A stretch of 53,538 nt of DNA, taken from positions 1 through 53,538 of IMG/VR virus record IMGVR_UViG_3300025833_000212, one strand, 5' to 3'. Shown piece after piece: positions 1 through 9,418 of this stretch (its first letter is position 1; each line of letters begins with the position of its first letter). Position numbers and translations under genes: made by a program. The notes beneath the pieces were generated by a model. The model did no database searches. It was not told the origin of the DNA and worked only from the letters and a program-made list of their open reading frames with translations. Source of the DNA: a virus (lineage: Duplodnaviria; Caudoviricetes).

Positions 1-2
1 TT

Positions 3-191
3 GAACCCTGCATTCTGGCTGGTGCGCCTGCTGGTGGCGTGGTGCTTGATCCTTTCTTTGGATCAGGAACGACCGGCCAAGTTGCGCAACAACTCGGACG
101 CCATTACATCGGATGCGAACTGAACCCGGCTTACAAGCCGCTGCAAGACGAACGCACCGCGCAACCTTCTTTGATGCTGGAGGCCGCATGA
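3..191 (+). CDS. C-terminal fragment of N4/N6 DNA methyltransferase (beta class), truncated by window edge
   Basis: Manual translation of frame 3: EPCILAGAPAGGVVLDPFFGSGTTGQVAQQLGRHYIGCELNPAY; contains SAM-binding motif DPFxGSGTT; TGA at 189-191 overlaps next ATG. Confidence 0.85.
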   Translation, partial: EPCILAGAPAGGVVLDPFFGSGTTGQVAQQLGRHYIGCELNPAYKPLQDERTAQPSLMLEAA

Positions 192-532
192 CTATCAATT
201 CAGTAGCTGCTGACGCACGGCTGGCGTGTTCTGGAGGCCAAAAACGCTGCTATATCGCTGGGCCAATGACAGGCTATCCAGATTTGAACTTTTCCGCCTT
301 CCATGCCGCCGCCGCCAGGCTGCGGGCCGCTGGCATTGATGCCGTCAACCCTGCGGAAATCAACCCGGACAAGGGCATGAGCTGGAAAGACTGCATGAGG
401 ACGGACATTGCAGCGCTGGTCACTTGCGATTCGATCCACCTCTTGCCGGGGTGGGGGCAAAGCAAGGGCGCAGCCTTGGAGCACCACATTGCCGAGCGCC
501 TGGGGATGACGGTTGTGGAGGTTTTGGAATGA
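188..532 (+). CDS. DUF4406 / nucleoside 2-deoxyribosyltransferase-like phage protein
   Basis: YIAGPMTG...NPAE...CDSIHLLPGWGQSKGAALEHHIA signature; ATGA overlap start at 188. Confidence 0.75.
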   Translation: MTINSVAADARLACSGGQKRCYIAGPMTGYPDLNFSAFHAAAARLRAAGIDAVNPAEINPDKGMSWKDCMRTDIAALVTCDSIHLLPGWGQSKGAALEHHIAERLGMTVVEVLE

Positions 533-831
533 TCAACGACAAAACCTCTGAGGTTATTGACCGCTTTTATGTCGATCACGGCCCGTGCTGTGCTGGTTGT
601 GACTGGTGGCAATACGCAAACAGTGTTGCAGGGCAATGCATTAGGCACGCGCCAGTAGCGGCTGTTGAGCGTATGTCAATGACTGGCATATCCAGCATAA
701 GCGCATCAGTTGGCGCGGGTCATCCTGTCACGCTACGCGATCACTATTGCGGGGACTTCAAAGACGAGTTTGACTGGTCGATCTTGCCATTGCCTTATCT
801 GCGCCGTATCGGTAAGGCGGTAACCGCATGA
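529..831 (+). CDS. Cys-rich hypothetical phage protein
   Basis: ATGA-coupled ORF with CCAGCDWW...C...CGDF motifs. Confidence 0.6.
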   Translation: MINDKTSEVIDRFYVDHGPCCAGCDWWQYANSVAGQCIRHAPVAAVERMSMTGISSISASVGAGHPVTLRDHYCGDFKDEFDWSILPLPYLRRIGKAVTA

Positions 832-983
832 TGGATGTCAAAACCCCATTCGGCGGCGGCTTGACCAACGGTGGGCTCAACTTCGACCAGGCTATTGAAA
901 TCCACCGGCTGCACCTTGAGGACTGCTTGACGGCCACTCAAATCGCGCGTGTGTCGGGCAAGGCCGCTTGCGCTGATCACTGA
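828..983 (+). CDS. small HTH-like ORF (51 aa), possibly truncated
   Basis: ATGA overlap with previous gene; QAIEIHRLHLEDCLTATQIARVSG resembles the start of a helix-turn-helix. Confidence 0.35.
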   Translation: MMDVKTPFGGGLTNGGLNFDQAIEIHRLHLEDCLTATQIARVSGKAACADH

Positions 984-1006
984 AAACCCAAAAGGAAAAC
1001 CGACTC

Positions 1007-1543
1007 ATGAAATATTTGACCATTTTTGACACATCAATCCGCATGGATTCAGAGGGGCGGTTTTGCCTCAACGACCTGCACAAGGCTGCTGTGGCAACGG
1101 GCGCCAATAAGCGATCTAAAGAGCCGGGCGAGTTTTTCAAGACGCGGCGCACCAAGGACATGATTGATCTGCTTAAAAAAAGTGCTACGGGGAATCTCCG
1201 TAGCACTTTGATACCCGTCAATGCCGTGGAAACCGGCCCCTATGAAGAGCGCGGCACTTTTGTGGTTAAGGAGCTTGTCTACGCCTATGCGCAGTTTGTC
1301 AGTGCTGAGTTTGATCTTCAAGTTATCCGCACATATGACAAGGTGGCGCGCGACGAGGTCGATCGCCTAAACGGTTTGCAGTACCGCGCCCTGCGCGCCG
1401 AGTTGGATTACCAGCAAGGCTTCAAAGAGGCCGGTGTATGTGGCAAGGGCCTGCGCAAGTGGCGCGATGACGGCCCGGTGAAACTCAAGTTGCTGGAGAC
1501 TTTCCGCCAGGCCATGCAACCCGTGTTGTTTCAAGGGTATTGA
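1007..1543 (+). CDS. KilA-N domain DNA-binding protein
   Basis: IRMDSEGRFCLNDLHKAA...GTFVVKELVYAYAQFVSAEFDLQVIRTYD is a typical KilA-N signature; AGGA RBS upstream. Confidence 0.85.
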   Translation: MKYLTIFDTSIRMDSEGRFCLNDLHKAAVATGANKRSKEPGEFFKTRRTKDMIDLLKKSATGNLRSTLIPVNAVETGPYEERGTFVVKELVYAYAQFVSAEFDLQVIRTYDKVARDEVDRLNGLQYRALRAELDYQQGFKEAGVCGKGLRKWRDDGPVKLKLLETFRQAMQPVLFQGY

Positions 1544-2010
1544 TGATTCAAATCCACGGCATCAACCCACAGCAGGCTCACGCCGCCATCATGGTGCACG
1601 TCTGGCCCTGGGTGAAGGCGCAAACCGCAGCCGGGCACGCTGTTGTGCTGGAGGCCCGCTTGCACGAGGACGCGAAGTCCGACCAACAGCGCCGCTTTTA
1701 CCATGGCGTGATCTTGACCCAGATCGCCAAGCAGGCCAAGCCCAATGGGCAAACTTACCCGCTGGCTGTGTGGAAGGAGTATTTCCGCAACCTGTACCTG
1801 GGCAAAAAGCGGGTGACCACCACCAATCCGCTGACAGGCAAAAAGTCGCGCCGCCACGTTCGCCAGTCCACCGAGGCTCTGGGGGTCAAGTCTTACAACT
1901 TGCTGATTGAGCGGGTGACTGCCTATGCCGTTACTGAGTTGGGTGTGGAGTTTGACCAGCACAGCCCGAATGGAGCCATTGACCCTGATACCGGGGAGGT
2001 GTACCAGTGA
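1540..2010 (+). CDS. NinB/YbcN-like recombination protein
   Basis: KSDQQRRFYHGVILTQIA...WKEYF...QSTEALGVKSY..LIERVTAYA..LGVEF pattern. Confidence 0.7.
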   Translation: MMIQIHGINPQQAHAAIMVHVWPWVKAQTAAGHAVVLEARLHEDAKSDQQRRFYHGVILTQIAKQAKPNGQTYPLAVWKEYFRNLYLGKKRVTTTNPLTGKKSRRHVRQSTEALGVKSYNLLIERVTAYAVTELGVEFDQHSPNGAIDPDTGEVYQ

Positions 2011-2180
2011 AGTACGAAATGCCACACAAATCCGACCAGCAAAAGCTGTGGTCTGCCGTCGCAGAGTTGCCGTGCCAGCGCTGCGGTGCCCATGGCGTAC
2101 AGGTTTCGCATTCAAACGCCCAATCGGACGGCAAAGGCATGGGCCTGAAAGCGTGGCCTTGGAAGGTGGCCAGTCGCTGA
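2007..2180 (+). pseudogene. truncated zinc-finger/HNH-like phage protein (DUF968/DUF1364-like)
   Basis: GTGA-coupled 57-codon ORF: AVAELPCQRCGAHGVQVSHSN..DGKGMGLKAWPWKVA then stop where the second LCxxCH is normally found. Confidence 0.5.
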
Positions 2181-2218
2181 GTGAGGTGACGTAGGTCGGG
2201 TGTGAACCAGACAAAGAA

Positions 2219-2250
2219 AAACCCCTGTACCGACCAAAGCAAAGGGGTTT
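2219..2250 (+). terminator. intergenic hairpin, possible terminator or regulatory RNA element
   Basis: AAACCCCT (2219-2226) / AGGGGTTT (2243-2250) inverted repeat with 16-nt loop. Confidence 0.45.
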
Positions 2251-2308
2251 CTCTGACAACACTTGTAACACCACCAACCAGTTCAAATTGTAACTGGAGC
2301 AACCACCT

Positions 2309-2935
2309 ATGCGCGAAGACAAGCAGTCAGTGATCAAACTTAAGCAGGCCCAAGCGGTGAAGGCAGCCGGGGCAAGGTTCCGGGAGTGCCGGGAGATGTG
2401 CAACATGTCTTTGAGTTATGCGGCCAAGCAGCTTGGGTACACCAACCCGTCAAAGCTCTCGAAAATCGAGAATGCCACAGACACCCAGTCGGTGCCGCTG
2501 TGGGTGATCCATGAGGCAGCTAAGCTTTACGAGGTGTCGATTGACTTTCTGCTGGGTGAGTCCGATGACTGGGAGCACAGCGCACGCAAGACGCAAGAGC
2601 GCGAGGTGAGCCGCTTCCAGGCGGAACAGATTGAGAGGGCGATTCGCAAGACCACGGACATGAACCGGGCGTTCAACGATGAGATGGAGTGGGCCACAGG
2701 CTCTATCGTTGCCATGGCGTTCTCAGCAGATGAGATTGCGGAAACCTTCAAAGAGGTGATCAATCTCAATCCTGGGCCATGGCAGAAGATGCGCGCTGGC
2801 AACAAGTTGGCCGGCGTGGTGGAGCAGTTCACTTTGCTTTCATCGCACGTAAAAGCGGGGGTAAAGCGCTTCAACCGCAAGCTCAAAATGACAGGCTCAA
2901 TTGTGAACCAGCGAGGGTTATTTGATGACAACTAA
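2309..2935 (+). CDS. XRE-family HTH transcriptional regulator
   Basis: GARFRECREMCNMSLSYAAKQLGYTNPSKLSKIEN...YEVSIDFLLG; GGAG RBS. Confidence 0.8.
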   Translation: MREDKQSVIKLKQAQAVKAAGARFRECREMCNMSLSYAAKQLGYTNPSKLSKIENATDTQSVPLWVIHEAAKLYEVSIDFLLGESDDWEHSARKTQEREVSRFQAEQIERAIRKTTDMNRAFNDEMEWATGSIVAMAFSADEIAETFKEVINLNPGPWQKMRAGNKLAGVVEQFTLLSSHVKAGVKRFNRKLKMTGSIVNQRGLFDDN

Positions 2936-3566
2936 AAAACGCATGCCAAAAGATCGGTGGGAAGAAATTCGAGCCAAATGGGAGGCAGACCCTCGACCGG
3001 GTTATGTGTGGATCGTCACAGAACTTAGCCTGGGCGTGTCAGACATCGCAGTTCTGCAAAAAGCCAAAAGAGAGGGGTGGGCTAAAAAAGCCAGCATCAA
3101 GACAATCGTTCAGCGAGCGCATCTTCAGGCCGATTCAAAAGCAAAAGCAAAACTTAGCGTCGTTGAAAAAAATGTTAGCGCGGACGGTAAAAAAGTTAGC
3201 GCAAGGGCTAAAAAAGTTAGCGAAAAAGTTAGCGCACTAACAGAAGCCGAGTCAGTTGAAATGCGATCGACCGTGCTCGACAGGCATCGGGACGAATGGA
3301 GAGACCATGCCAACAGGTTCAAACTGAGCGACATGACAGGTGAAGACGGATTTCAGGTGGCCAGAACCGGCAAAACAGCCGCTGAGATGGTCAAGATCAG
3401 GCAAGAAGGTGAGCGTAAAGCCTGGGCCTTGGATGCCATTGCTGAAGACACGGGCACAGCAAAAACGCTGGAAGAGTTGGATGCCATGTTCTCCATGGCT
3501 ATGAACCGATCGCAAGAGATGCGCGATGCCGTTCGCAAAGAGCGCACAAGCCATGCGGCTGCTTGA
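2925..3566 (+). CDS. terminase small subunit (PacA-like)
   Basis: N-terminal HTH-like segment (WEEIRAKWE...KAKREGW), directly upstream of and overlapping the large terminase. Confidence 0.7.
   Translation: MTTKKRMPKDRWEEIRAKWEADPRPGYVWIVTELSLGVSDIAVLQKAKREGWAKKASIKTIVQRAHLQADSKAKAKLSVVEKNVSADGKKVSARAKKVSEKVSALTEAESVEMRSTVLDRHRDEWRDHANRFKLSDMTGEDGFQVARTGKTAAEMVKIRQEGERKAWALDAIAEDTGTAKTLEELDAMFSMAMNRSQEMRDAVRKERTSHAAA
3149..3241 (+). repeat. A-tract/TTAGCG direct repeat array, candidate pac site
   Basis: TTAGCG at 3154, 3175, 3196, 3217, 3229, each preceded by an A-tract; inverted half-site CTAAC at 3237-3241. Confidence 0.55.
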
Positions 3567-5055
3567 TGACCCGCGTTACGTGCCGTTCGCAACCCGGTAC
3601 GCTTTTGACCTGACGCGCTTTGCCGTGGAGGTCACTGGCATGACGCCAACGCATCAGCAGGTGGAGTTGCTGGACTCTGTAGCACCTCCTGGCAGCCGGA
3701 CAACAGTGCGAAGCGGTCACGGTTCAGGCAAGAGCCGCAGTCTGGCCGTCATCACCCTGTGGCACTTGTTGTGCTACCCCAAGTCCAACACCATGATCAC
3801 CGCACCAAAGATTGAGCAGGTGCGCAACGTGGCCTGGAAAGAGATGGCAGACGTGCTGGAGGCCATTCGCACCAAAGGCGGAAGCACATGGATTGCGGAC
3901 TACGTGGTGTTTGAGTCCGAGCGGGTGTATGTGAAGGGCTACAAGCAGACCTGGTTTGTATTTGCCAAGACAGCCCCCAAGGGTGCGCCTGAAAATCTGG
4001 CGGGGATGCACCGGGATTGGTATTTTGTGATTGCCGACGAAGCATCTGGCATACCTGACGAAAACTATTCGGTGATGACCGGCGCTTTAACGGATGCGCG
4101 AAACCGGATGTTGATGCTGTCGCAGCCTACACGCCCGTCTGGCTTCTTTTACGACTCGCACAACAAGCTGTCGCAGGCCAATGGTGGGGTGTGGAACGCA
4201 ATTCGCATGGATTCGACGGATTCTCCACTGGTGTCAAGCGCATTCATTGAAGAGAAAAAGCAGGAATACACCGAAGTTGAGTACACCATCAAGGTGCTGG
4301 GTGAGTTCCCTGAGGCGCTGGATGACCACCTGATGGGGCGCAAGGCGGCAGAGGCGTGCTTTGGTCGTAAGGTGATCCAACCCAACGAGTCATTCGGCAT
4401 CATTTTGTCGTGTGACGTGGGGGCGGGTGAGTACCGCGACAAGTCAATTGCCGTGGTGGCACATGTCAGCGGTTACGGCGACTTCGGGCCGGATGCGCGC
4501 CGGGTGCAGATTGTGGATATTCCCATTGCCAGCAACACGCGCAACCTGCAAGACTTTAGTGGGGATGTGTTTCAGGTGGCCGCTGGACTGGAGAATGTCA
4601 CGACGATGGTGGATGCAGGCGGCATGGGCATTGCCGTGTGTCAAGCGCTGGAGGCAGCAGGGCTGGGCGAGGTAAAGCGGGTGAAGTGGGGTGCGCCCTG
4701 CTTTAAGCAGCGCAACAAGGAGCGATTCTTCAACCTTCGGGCGCAGGCCATGGTTCATGCAGCGCGGGCGGCAAAAGAAGGTAGGCTGGGCATTGCGGAC
4801 GGGCCGTGGCGCAAAGACATCCTTGACCAGATGAGCCGTGTGCCGTTTCACTTTGACGAAAAAGCCCGCTACACCATTGAGCGTAAGGATGAGATGCGCA
4901 AGAAGGGCATACCTTCGCCCGACATGTTTGATGCGATCAGCTTTTGCTTTCTGGAGGATGCCAACTACATGGTGTGCGAGAACAGCGGGAGTGGGTCGCT
5001 GAATGCTATCCAAGCGGCTATGGCGGAGGTGGATGGGATGTTTTCTGATGTTTGA
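3553..5055 (+). CDS. terminase large subunit (PacB-like)
   Basis: Walker A SGHGSGKS, Walker B VIADEASG, RNase H-like nuclease residues (SCDVG, SPDMFDA). Confidence 0.9.
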   Translation: MRLLDDPRYVPFATRYAFDLTRFAVEVTGMTPTHQQVELLDSVAPPGSRTTVRSGHGSGKSRSLAVITLWHLLCYPKSNTMITAPKIEQVRNVAWKEMADVLEAIRTKGGSTWIADYVVFESERVYVKGYKQTWFVFAKTAPKGAPENLAGMHRDWYFVIADEASGIPDENYSVMTGALTDARNRMLMLSQPTRPSGFFYDSHNKLSQANGGVWNAIRMDSTDSPLVSSAFIEEKKQEYTEVEYTIKVLGEFPEALDDHLMGRKAAEACFGRKVIQPNESFGIILSCDVGAGEYRDKSIAVVAHVSGYGDFGPDARRVQIVDIPIASNTRNLQDFSGDVFQVAAGLENVTTMVDAGGMGIAVCQALEAAGLGEVKRVKWGAPCFKQRNKERFFNLRAQAMVHAARAAKEGRLGIADGPWRKDILDQMSRVPFHFDEKARYTIERKDEMRKKGIPSPDMFDAISFCFLEDANYMVCENSGSGSLNAIQAAMAEVDGMFSDV

Positions 5056-5069
5056 CATCCACTCAACGT

Positions 5070-5111
5070 CGGAAAACACCCGTCAAACCACCGGCTTGAG
5101 CGCCGCATCAT
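5070..5111 (+). promoter_or_regulatory. putative late promoter 1
   Basis: CGGAAAACAC + 26 nt + CATCAT. Confidence 0.65.
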
Positions 5112-5274
5112 TGGAGTCATCTAAACAGGCGCGCCAATGAAATCCATGCGGTTTTTATTTTGAGAAAACTTCGATAAGTCAATATTTGGACTGGCTATGT
5201 CAAACCGATTGCACTTACTGAATGAGTAAGGTACTAACGCAGCCCTCACTTCTGTCAAATTAAGGAAGAACCCA

Positions 5275-6096
5275 ATGACAACCACACCCACCATTCGCTA
5301 CAACTTAAAAGACCGTGGCCGCAAGCACATGGGTCAAGAGCGCAATTTCAACGTGCGCGCTATCTGCGATGCCATCAACGGTCCAGCTTGCCAAGAGCGC
5401 GTCGCTACGCGCGGCATGGCGGGCTATTACGGCCATCTTCCTCGCATCCGGCACGGCATGAATCCCATGGAGGGGGTGATTGATAGCGGTAAATATGTGC
5501 CCGTCGAACCCGCTTTTGTTACCACCTATCTGAAGGCTGACTACGACGGCAACGTGGAGCACCGGGCGGAGTTTCTGGGCACTGCCGCCGGGAAGTTGGC
5601 GCAAAAGCTGTTTGAGAGCAAGATGGGCGGGTTTTCAACGGCCATTGACACCACCAAGCCGGAATTTTTTGGCATGGATTATGTGATCGAGCCCAATTTT
5701 GTCGGGAACTCGTATCGCGGTGTGGTGCTGGACAGCGCCGCCATGACCTACGACGATGTGATGCAAGCCGAAGTTGACGAACAAGCCAGCGGCATGATTG
5801 CCCTGTTGGACAGCCTCAACGCCGAGCGCGCCACCACCCAGGCTGTGATCAGCCACCTGCAGGAAGAAAACGAGCAGCTGCTTTCCATGCTGGCCAAGAC
5901 GGGCATCCCGGCCTCTCAGGTGCTTGACGCTGTGGCGATCATGCCGATTGCTGTGTCGATGGATGCGGCTGAGCGCCAGGCGCGTGATGCGGCATTTTTC
6001 CGTGCCTCAGACTTGCCAACCTTTGCTGCGCCACCGGCTGCAGAGCAACCCAGAAGCCCGGTCTATGACAGGCTGCTGGGCCGCTTCAACCGGTAA
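5275..6096 (+). CDS. putative prohead (head-processing) protease, P1 Pro-like
   Basis: DRGRKH...QERVATRGMAGYYGH...GGFSTA...GMDYV.EPNF resembles herpes/HK97-fold phage maturation proteases; follows terminase. Confidence 0.6.
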   Translation: MTTTPTIRYNLKDRGRKHMGQERNFNVRAICDAINGPACQERVATRGMAGYYGHLPRIRHGMNPMEGVIDSGKYVPVEPAFVTTYLKADYDGNVEHRAEFLGTAAGKLAQKLFESKMGGFSTAIDTTKPEFFGMDYVIEPNFVGNSYRGVVLDSAAMTYDDVMQAEVDEQASGMIALLDSLNAERATTQAVISHLQEENEQLLSMLAKTGIPASQVLDAVAIMPIAVSMDAAERQARDAAFFRASDLPTFAAPPAAEQPRSPVYDRLLGRFNR

Positions 6097-6102
6097 GCCG
6101 CC

Positions 6103-6882
6103 ATGCTTGAACCTGTCAAGGTCTCTTTGGGTGTGTTCATGGGGCTGTTTTACGCCTCTATCGTTCCCACTACCAAGTCGCTGGAGTCGTATGTGGCGCG
6201 CGGGCTGGCCAAAAGCATTGTGTGGGCGCCGTCGCGCATGGTGGATTCGGCTGAAGACATGTTGTCGATCTGGCAGCGCAACGACACCGATACCGCAGTC
6301 ACAACGCCGCCCAACATGCCGGTGATCATTGTGGCCATGGCGCGGGATTACACCCCCACCGGGCGCGACTTCACGCGACAAGTGGCAGATTCGCAGATGG
6401 TGATGCTGCCAGGCGACGTGAAGGAGCGCGTTTTTGGTGTGCGCACCATGGCGGGCGACGTGCGGGCACAGATTGCCATCTTCTCGCAGGATGAGCCCAC
6501 TGCTCGGTCGTTGGCCGCGCAGTTCCTGTTGTTTGTGGATGCCACGCCCAACCGGCGCTTCACCGCCAAATACCCGTTTGCAGGCTTGTCGATGGATTGG
6601 CCGGTGCAGGTTGAAGCCCCCGATTCGCCTGCCATGTCGATCCAGACAGAGGCGCATAACCTGACGGTGCTGGCCATTGATATCACGCTCAAAGCCGAGA
6701 TACCGCTGTTTGATGCGCCCAAAGCGGGTGAGCCCCATGATGGCAAGGGCACGCCGGGTGATCTGATAGACCCGGCTGGCTACCCATTGCTGGGACATGT
6801 GGAGGTCATTGGCCGTGAGGGCGATGTGGCGCGCAGCGCTGTGGTGCGCGATTCGATCGTCAACGCGGACAGAGACCGCTGA
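6103..6882 (+). CDS. virion morphogenesis protein (tail terminator/completion-like)
   Basis: 259-aa ORF in late operon; beta-rich; function by context only. Confidence 0.45.
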   Translation: MLEPVKVSLGVFMGLFYASIVPTTKSLESYVARGLAKSIVWAPSRMVDSAEDMLSIWQRNDTDTAVTTPPNMPVIIVAMARDYTPTGRDFTRQVADSQMVMLPGDVKERVFGVRTMAGDVRAQIAIFSQDEPTARSLAAQFLLFVDATPNRRFTAKYPFAGLSMDWPVQVEAPDSPAMSIQTEAHNLTVLAIDITLKAEIPLFDAPKAGEPHDGKGTPGDLIDPAGYPLLGHVEVIGREGDVARSAVVRDSIVNADRDR

Positions 6883-7373
6883 TGATTCAGCAAATTCAGG
6901 CCACCATCACTGGCTACGGCGGGCGGGCGTGCACGCTGTTTTCTGCCTTGAACTCAGAAACCAAGGTGCTGATTTTTGGGGCTGAGGCAGACTTCAGGGT
7001 AGACCGGCGCGCTGGGTGCATTGTGCTTACCAACGACCCTGCCATCCCCCGTGACAGTTTGTTCCAAGAGTCTGACCTGAAGGCTGCGATCACGGCGTTC
7101 TTTGCGCTGAAGTCCGGGTATGCATCAGACGCCAAAACCCCGCGCATGGCTTTTTCTGAGCGCGCCGCACGAGCCAACCCTGAGCAGTCGATTGAAAAGG
7201 ATGGCATGGATTCATCCGGGCCGCGCTACCGCATTGCAGATGGCGTGAGCTGCAGCCAGATGGCAGCGCTGGCAACGTGTTTATATGCCTCGCGCGCCGA
7301 CACAGTGGATGTGGCCGTGAAGATGGCGCAAACTTTCAGGCATTTTGGCCACGGCGGCATCATCACCATTTGA
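6882..7373 (+). CDS. hypothetical phage protein
   Basis: translationally coupled 163-aa ORF. Confidence 0.5.
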   Translation: MIQQIQATITGYGGRACTLFSALNSETKVLIFGAEADFRVDRRAGCIVLTNDPAIPRDSLFQESDLKAAITAFFALKSGYASDAKTPRMAFSERAARANPEQSIEKDGMDSSGPRYRIADGVSCSQMAALATCLYASRADTVDVAVKMAQTFRHFGHGGIITI

Positions 7374-7383
7374 GGCTCACGAC

Positions 7384-7716
7384 ATGAACGACGCAAACCC
7401 CATGGCTGCCAAGGATTTTTACAAGTCTGTGCGCATTTTCGCGGAGGTCACCAAGCCCTGGGAGCCTCACCTGTCTTACGAGACCAAACCCGATGAGCGC
7501 TTTGATCTGTCGCTGGTGTCACAGCGCGTCTATGGCAGGCGGGACGAATTCCTGACCGTCATGGCCGCTGCCGGGATGGACATGTTTGACCAGCCCATGC
7601 TTCAAAAGCGCCTGACGCTGCCCAATGAGAGCCAGTTGTACGCTATGAAGCGCAGTGCTGGGTTTGAGTCGATTGCCGATTACCGGGAAAACTTTGCACC
7701 GACTTGGGGTGTGTGA
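7384..7716 (+). CDS. LysM/tail-X-like baseplate wedge protein
   Basis: YETKPDERFDLSLVSQRVYGRRDEFLTVMAAAG...RLTLP resembles gp53/gpX LysM-like fold. Confidence 0.55.
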   Translation: MNDANPMAAKDFYKSVRIFAEVTKPWEPHLSYETKPDERFDLSLVSQRVYGRRDEFLTVMAAAGMDMFDQPMLQKRLTLPNESQLYAMKRSAGFESIADYRENFAPTWGV

Positions 7717-8759
7717 TGGCTGTCAACAAGATCAGTTCGCTGCTGGGCGAGGCTACCAAGAATTTCAAGTCTGACGCGGCGCAGCGCAAGGCCGCCGCTG
7801 AGTCGCCTCATTCGATCATCCTGCACACCAATGATGTGAAGGGTGAATACGATTCAGGTCGGGCGCTGACAACCACCTTGGGCGGCATCAATCGCCCTAT
7901 AACCCGCGACGATCTGGAAACGTTCCGCCAGAACATCAAGACGGTGCAAAAGGTGTTCAAGGGCGGCATCAAGGCGCGCCAGGTGCTGGATATGTCGCTT
8001 GAGATTGACCGTAAGCGCGCGCGCACCGAAATCCGCATGGCCGTGCCCATTTCTGCCAAGAACGGCATGGTGCGCTTTGCCACCAATGCGGGGCCGGATT
8101 CAAAGGCGGCACGCCACCACGTCAACGTGGAGTTTTTGAGCTTTGGGGCCGGGGCGGCATCCGGGCGGGACACGGCGCAGAAAATGGCCAACTGGGTCAG
8201 AAAGCAGCCGCTGAAGTTCGACTGCGACTGTGGTCGTCACAAATTTTGGTTCCGGTACATCAGCACCATTGGCGACTTCAATGCTGGGCGCCCGGAAACG
8301 GGTTTCCCCAAAATCAGAAATCCAGGCTTGCACGGGGTGGCTTGCAAGCATGTATTGCGCGTCATGGCCGAGGTGGAGGCGTCAGGCATTGTGCTGGGGT
8401 TTCTGACCAAGCTGATTGGAAAAGCGCAAGACGATGACAACGCCCGGGCGGTGCACAAAACCACCGTCAAAGAGGCCGAGGCACTGGCCAAGCAGCAAGA
8501 CAAGCGTACCCGTGACATCAAGACCACCGACACCCGCGCCCAAGCCCGAGAAGCCGCAAAGCAGCGCAAAGCCTTGTCAGAGGCTGCAAAGCCGGTGCCG
8601 GTGCCGAAGAAGGCTACGGCATCCACGCGCAGAAACGCATCACAGGCAGCCCCAAAAAAGGCTAGCATCAACACATCAAGCCTGACGCCAGGCCAGATTG
8701 CCATGGCCAAGCAGTTCGGAATGACACCTGAACAGGTCATGGCGCTGATTGCCGCATAA
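7716..8759 (+). CDS. SWIM-type zinc-finger phage protein
   Basis: FDCDCGRHKFWFRY...PKIRNPGLHGVACKH (CxC...CxH). Confidence 0.65.
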   Translation: MAVNKISSLLGEATKNFKSDAAQRKAAAESPHSIILHTNDVKGEYDSGRALTTTLGGINRPITRDDLETFRQNIKTVQKVFKGGIKARQVLDMSLEIDRKRARTEIRMAVPISAKNGMVRFATNAGPDSKAARHHVNVEFLSFGAGAASGRDTAQKMANWVRKQPLKFDCDCGRHKFWFRYISTIGDFNAGRPETGFPKIRNPGLHGVACKHVLRVMAEVEASGIVLGFLTKLIGKAQDDDNARAVHKTTVKEAEALAKQQDKRTRDIKTTDTRAQAREAAKQRKALSEAAKPVPVPKKATASTRRNASQAAPKKASINTSSLTPGQIAMAKQFGMTPEQVMALIAA

Positions 8760-8773
8760 CCCAAAGGACCGTC

Positions 8774-9271
8774 ATGCTCACCAACGTACCCGCCGCCGTC
8801 AACCGCATGTCTCGCAACGTGGTTGTCAATCACCCCAACGCTTTCAACTGTCAGGTGTTTCGAAAGACCATCACCCGCACCGGGCAGGTAGTCAGTGGCA
8901 TGCCGACGCTGGGGGGTATGGGGGTGATTTCGTCCGAGGATGAAGAGCAGTTCACCTACACATGGGTCGGCAACGGCTACTCGCTGCAAGTCGAGATGTT
9001 CCAGCCATCTGCCATGATGGAGCGAGGCGACGCCAACAATGGTTCAGCCAACGAGTTCAGGTTCCTGATCGAGCCCGAGGAGGCCGAGGGCATGCCGGGC
9101 ACCTTTGTGCCAAAAAAGTATGACGTGATGTACCTGCTGCTGGGCGAAGGGCCAGCCCCGGCGAAGATTGCTTTTGAGATTGTCGGGGTTGAGGCAATGC
9201 TCAATATTCCACCCTACAGCACCAGGTATATCGCCAACCGGCGCGATGACCTGCATGTGGCGGCCGGGTAG
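8774..9271 (+). CDS. putative neck/head-closure protein
   Basis: 165-aa ORF with AAGGA RBS in structural cluster; function by context. Confidence 0.45.
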   Translation: MLTNVPAAVNRMSRNVVVNHPNAFNCQVFRKTITRTGQVVSGMPTLGGMGVISSEDEEQFTYTWVGNGYSLQVEMFQPSAMMERGDANNGSANEFRFLIEPEEAEGMPGTFVPKKYDVMYLLLGEGPAPAKIAFEIVGVEAMLNIPPYSTRYIANRRDDLHVAAG

Positions 9272-9272
9272 T

Positions 9273-9335
9273 TGCTATATTAATAATAGCTATTAACGCA
9301 CGACAGACGTGCGCTAGAGCACGATTTGACGTAAA
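9273..9335 (+). repeat. palindromic REP/MITE-like element, copy A (intergenic)
   Basis: TGCTATATTAATAATAGCTATTAACGCACGACAGACGTGCGCTAGAGCACGATTTGACGTAAA aligns with four other copies. Confidence 0.7.
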
Positions 9336-9418
9336 TCAATGGTTTGCTTTTTGCAGCGCATCCTCTGTCAGCGCCGTATCGGGCTGGTAGTTTGTGCCTT
9401 TGGTGTAGCGTGCTCGGG

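Noticed and set aside
3149-3241. Short repeat array as CRISPR or replication iterons
   Set aside because: Repeats too short, within a CDS, no spacers, and no cas or rep gene nearby
5120-5270. AT-rich leader with small hairpin CTTACT/AGTAAG before the protease gene
   Set aside because: No convincing ORF, correctly spaced promoter or recognisable RNA family
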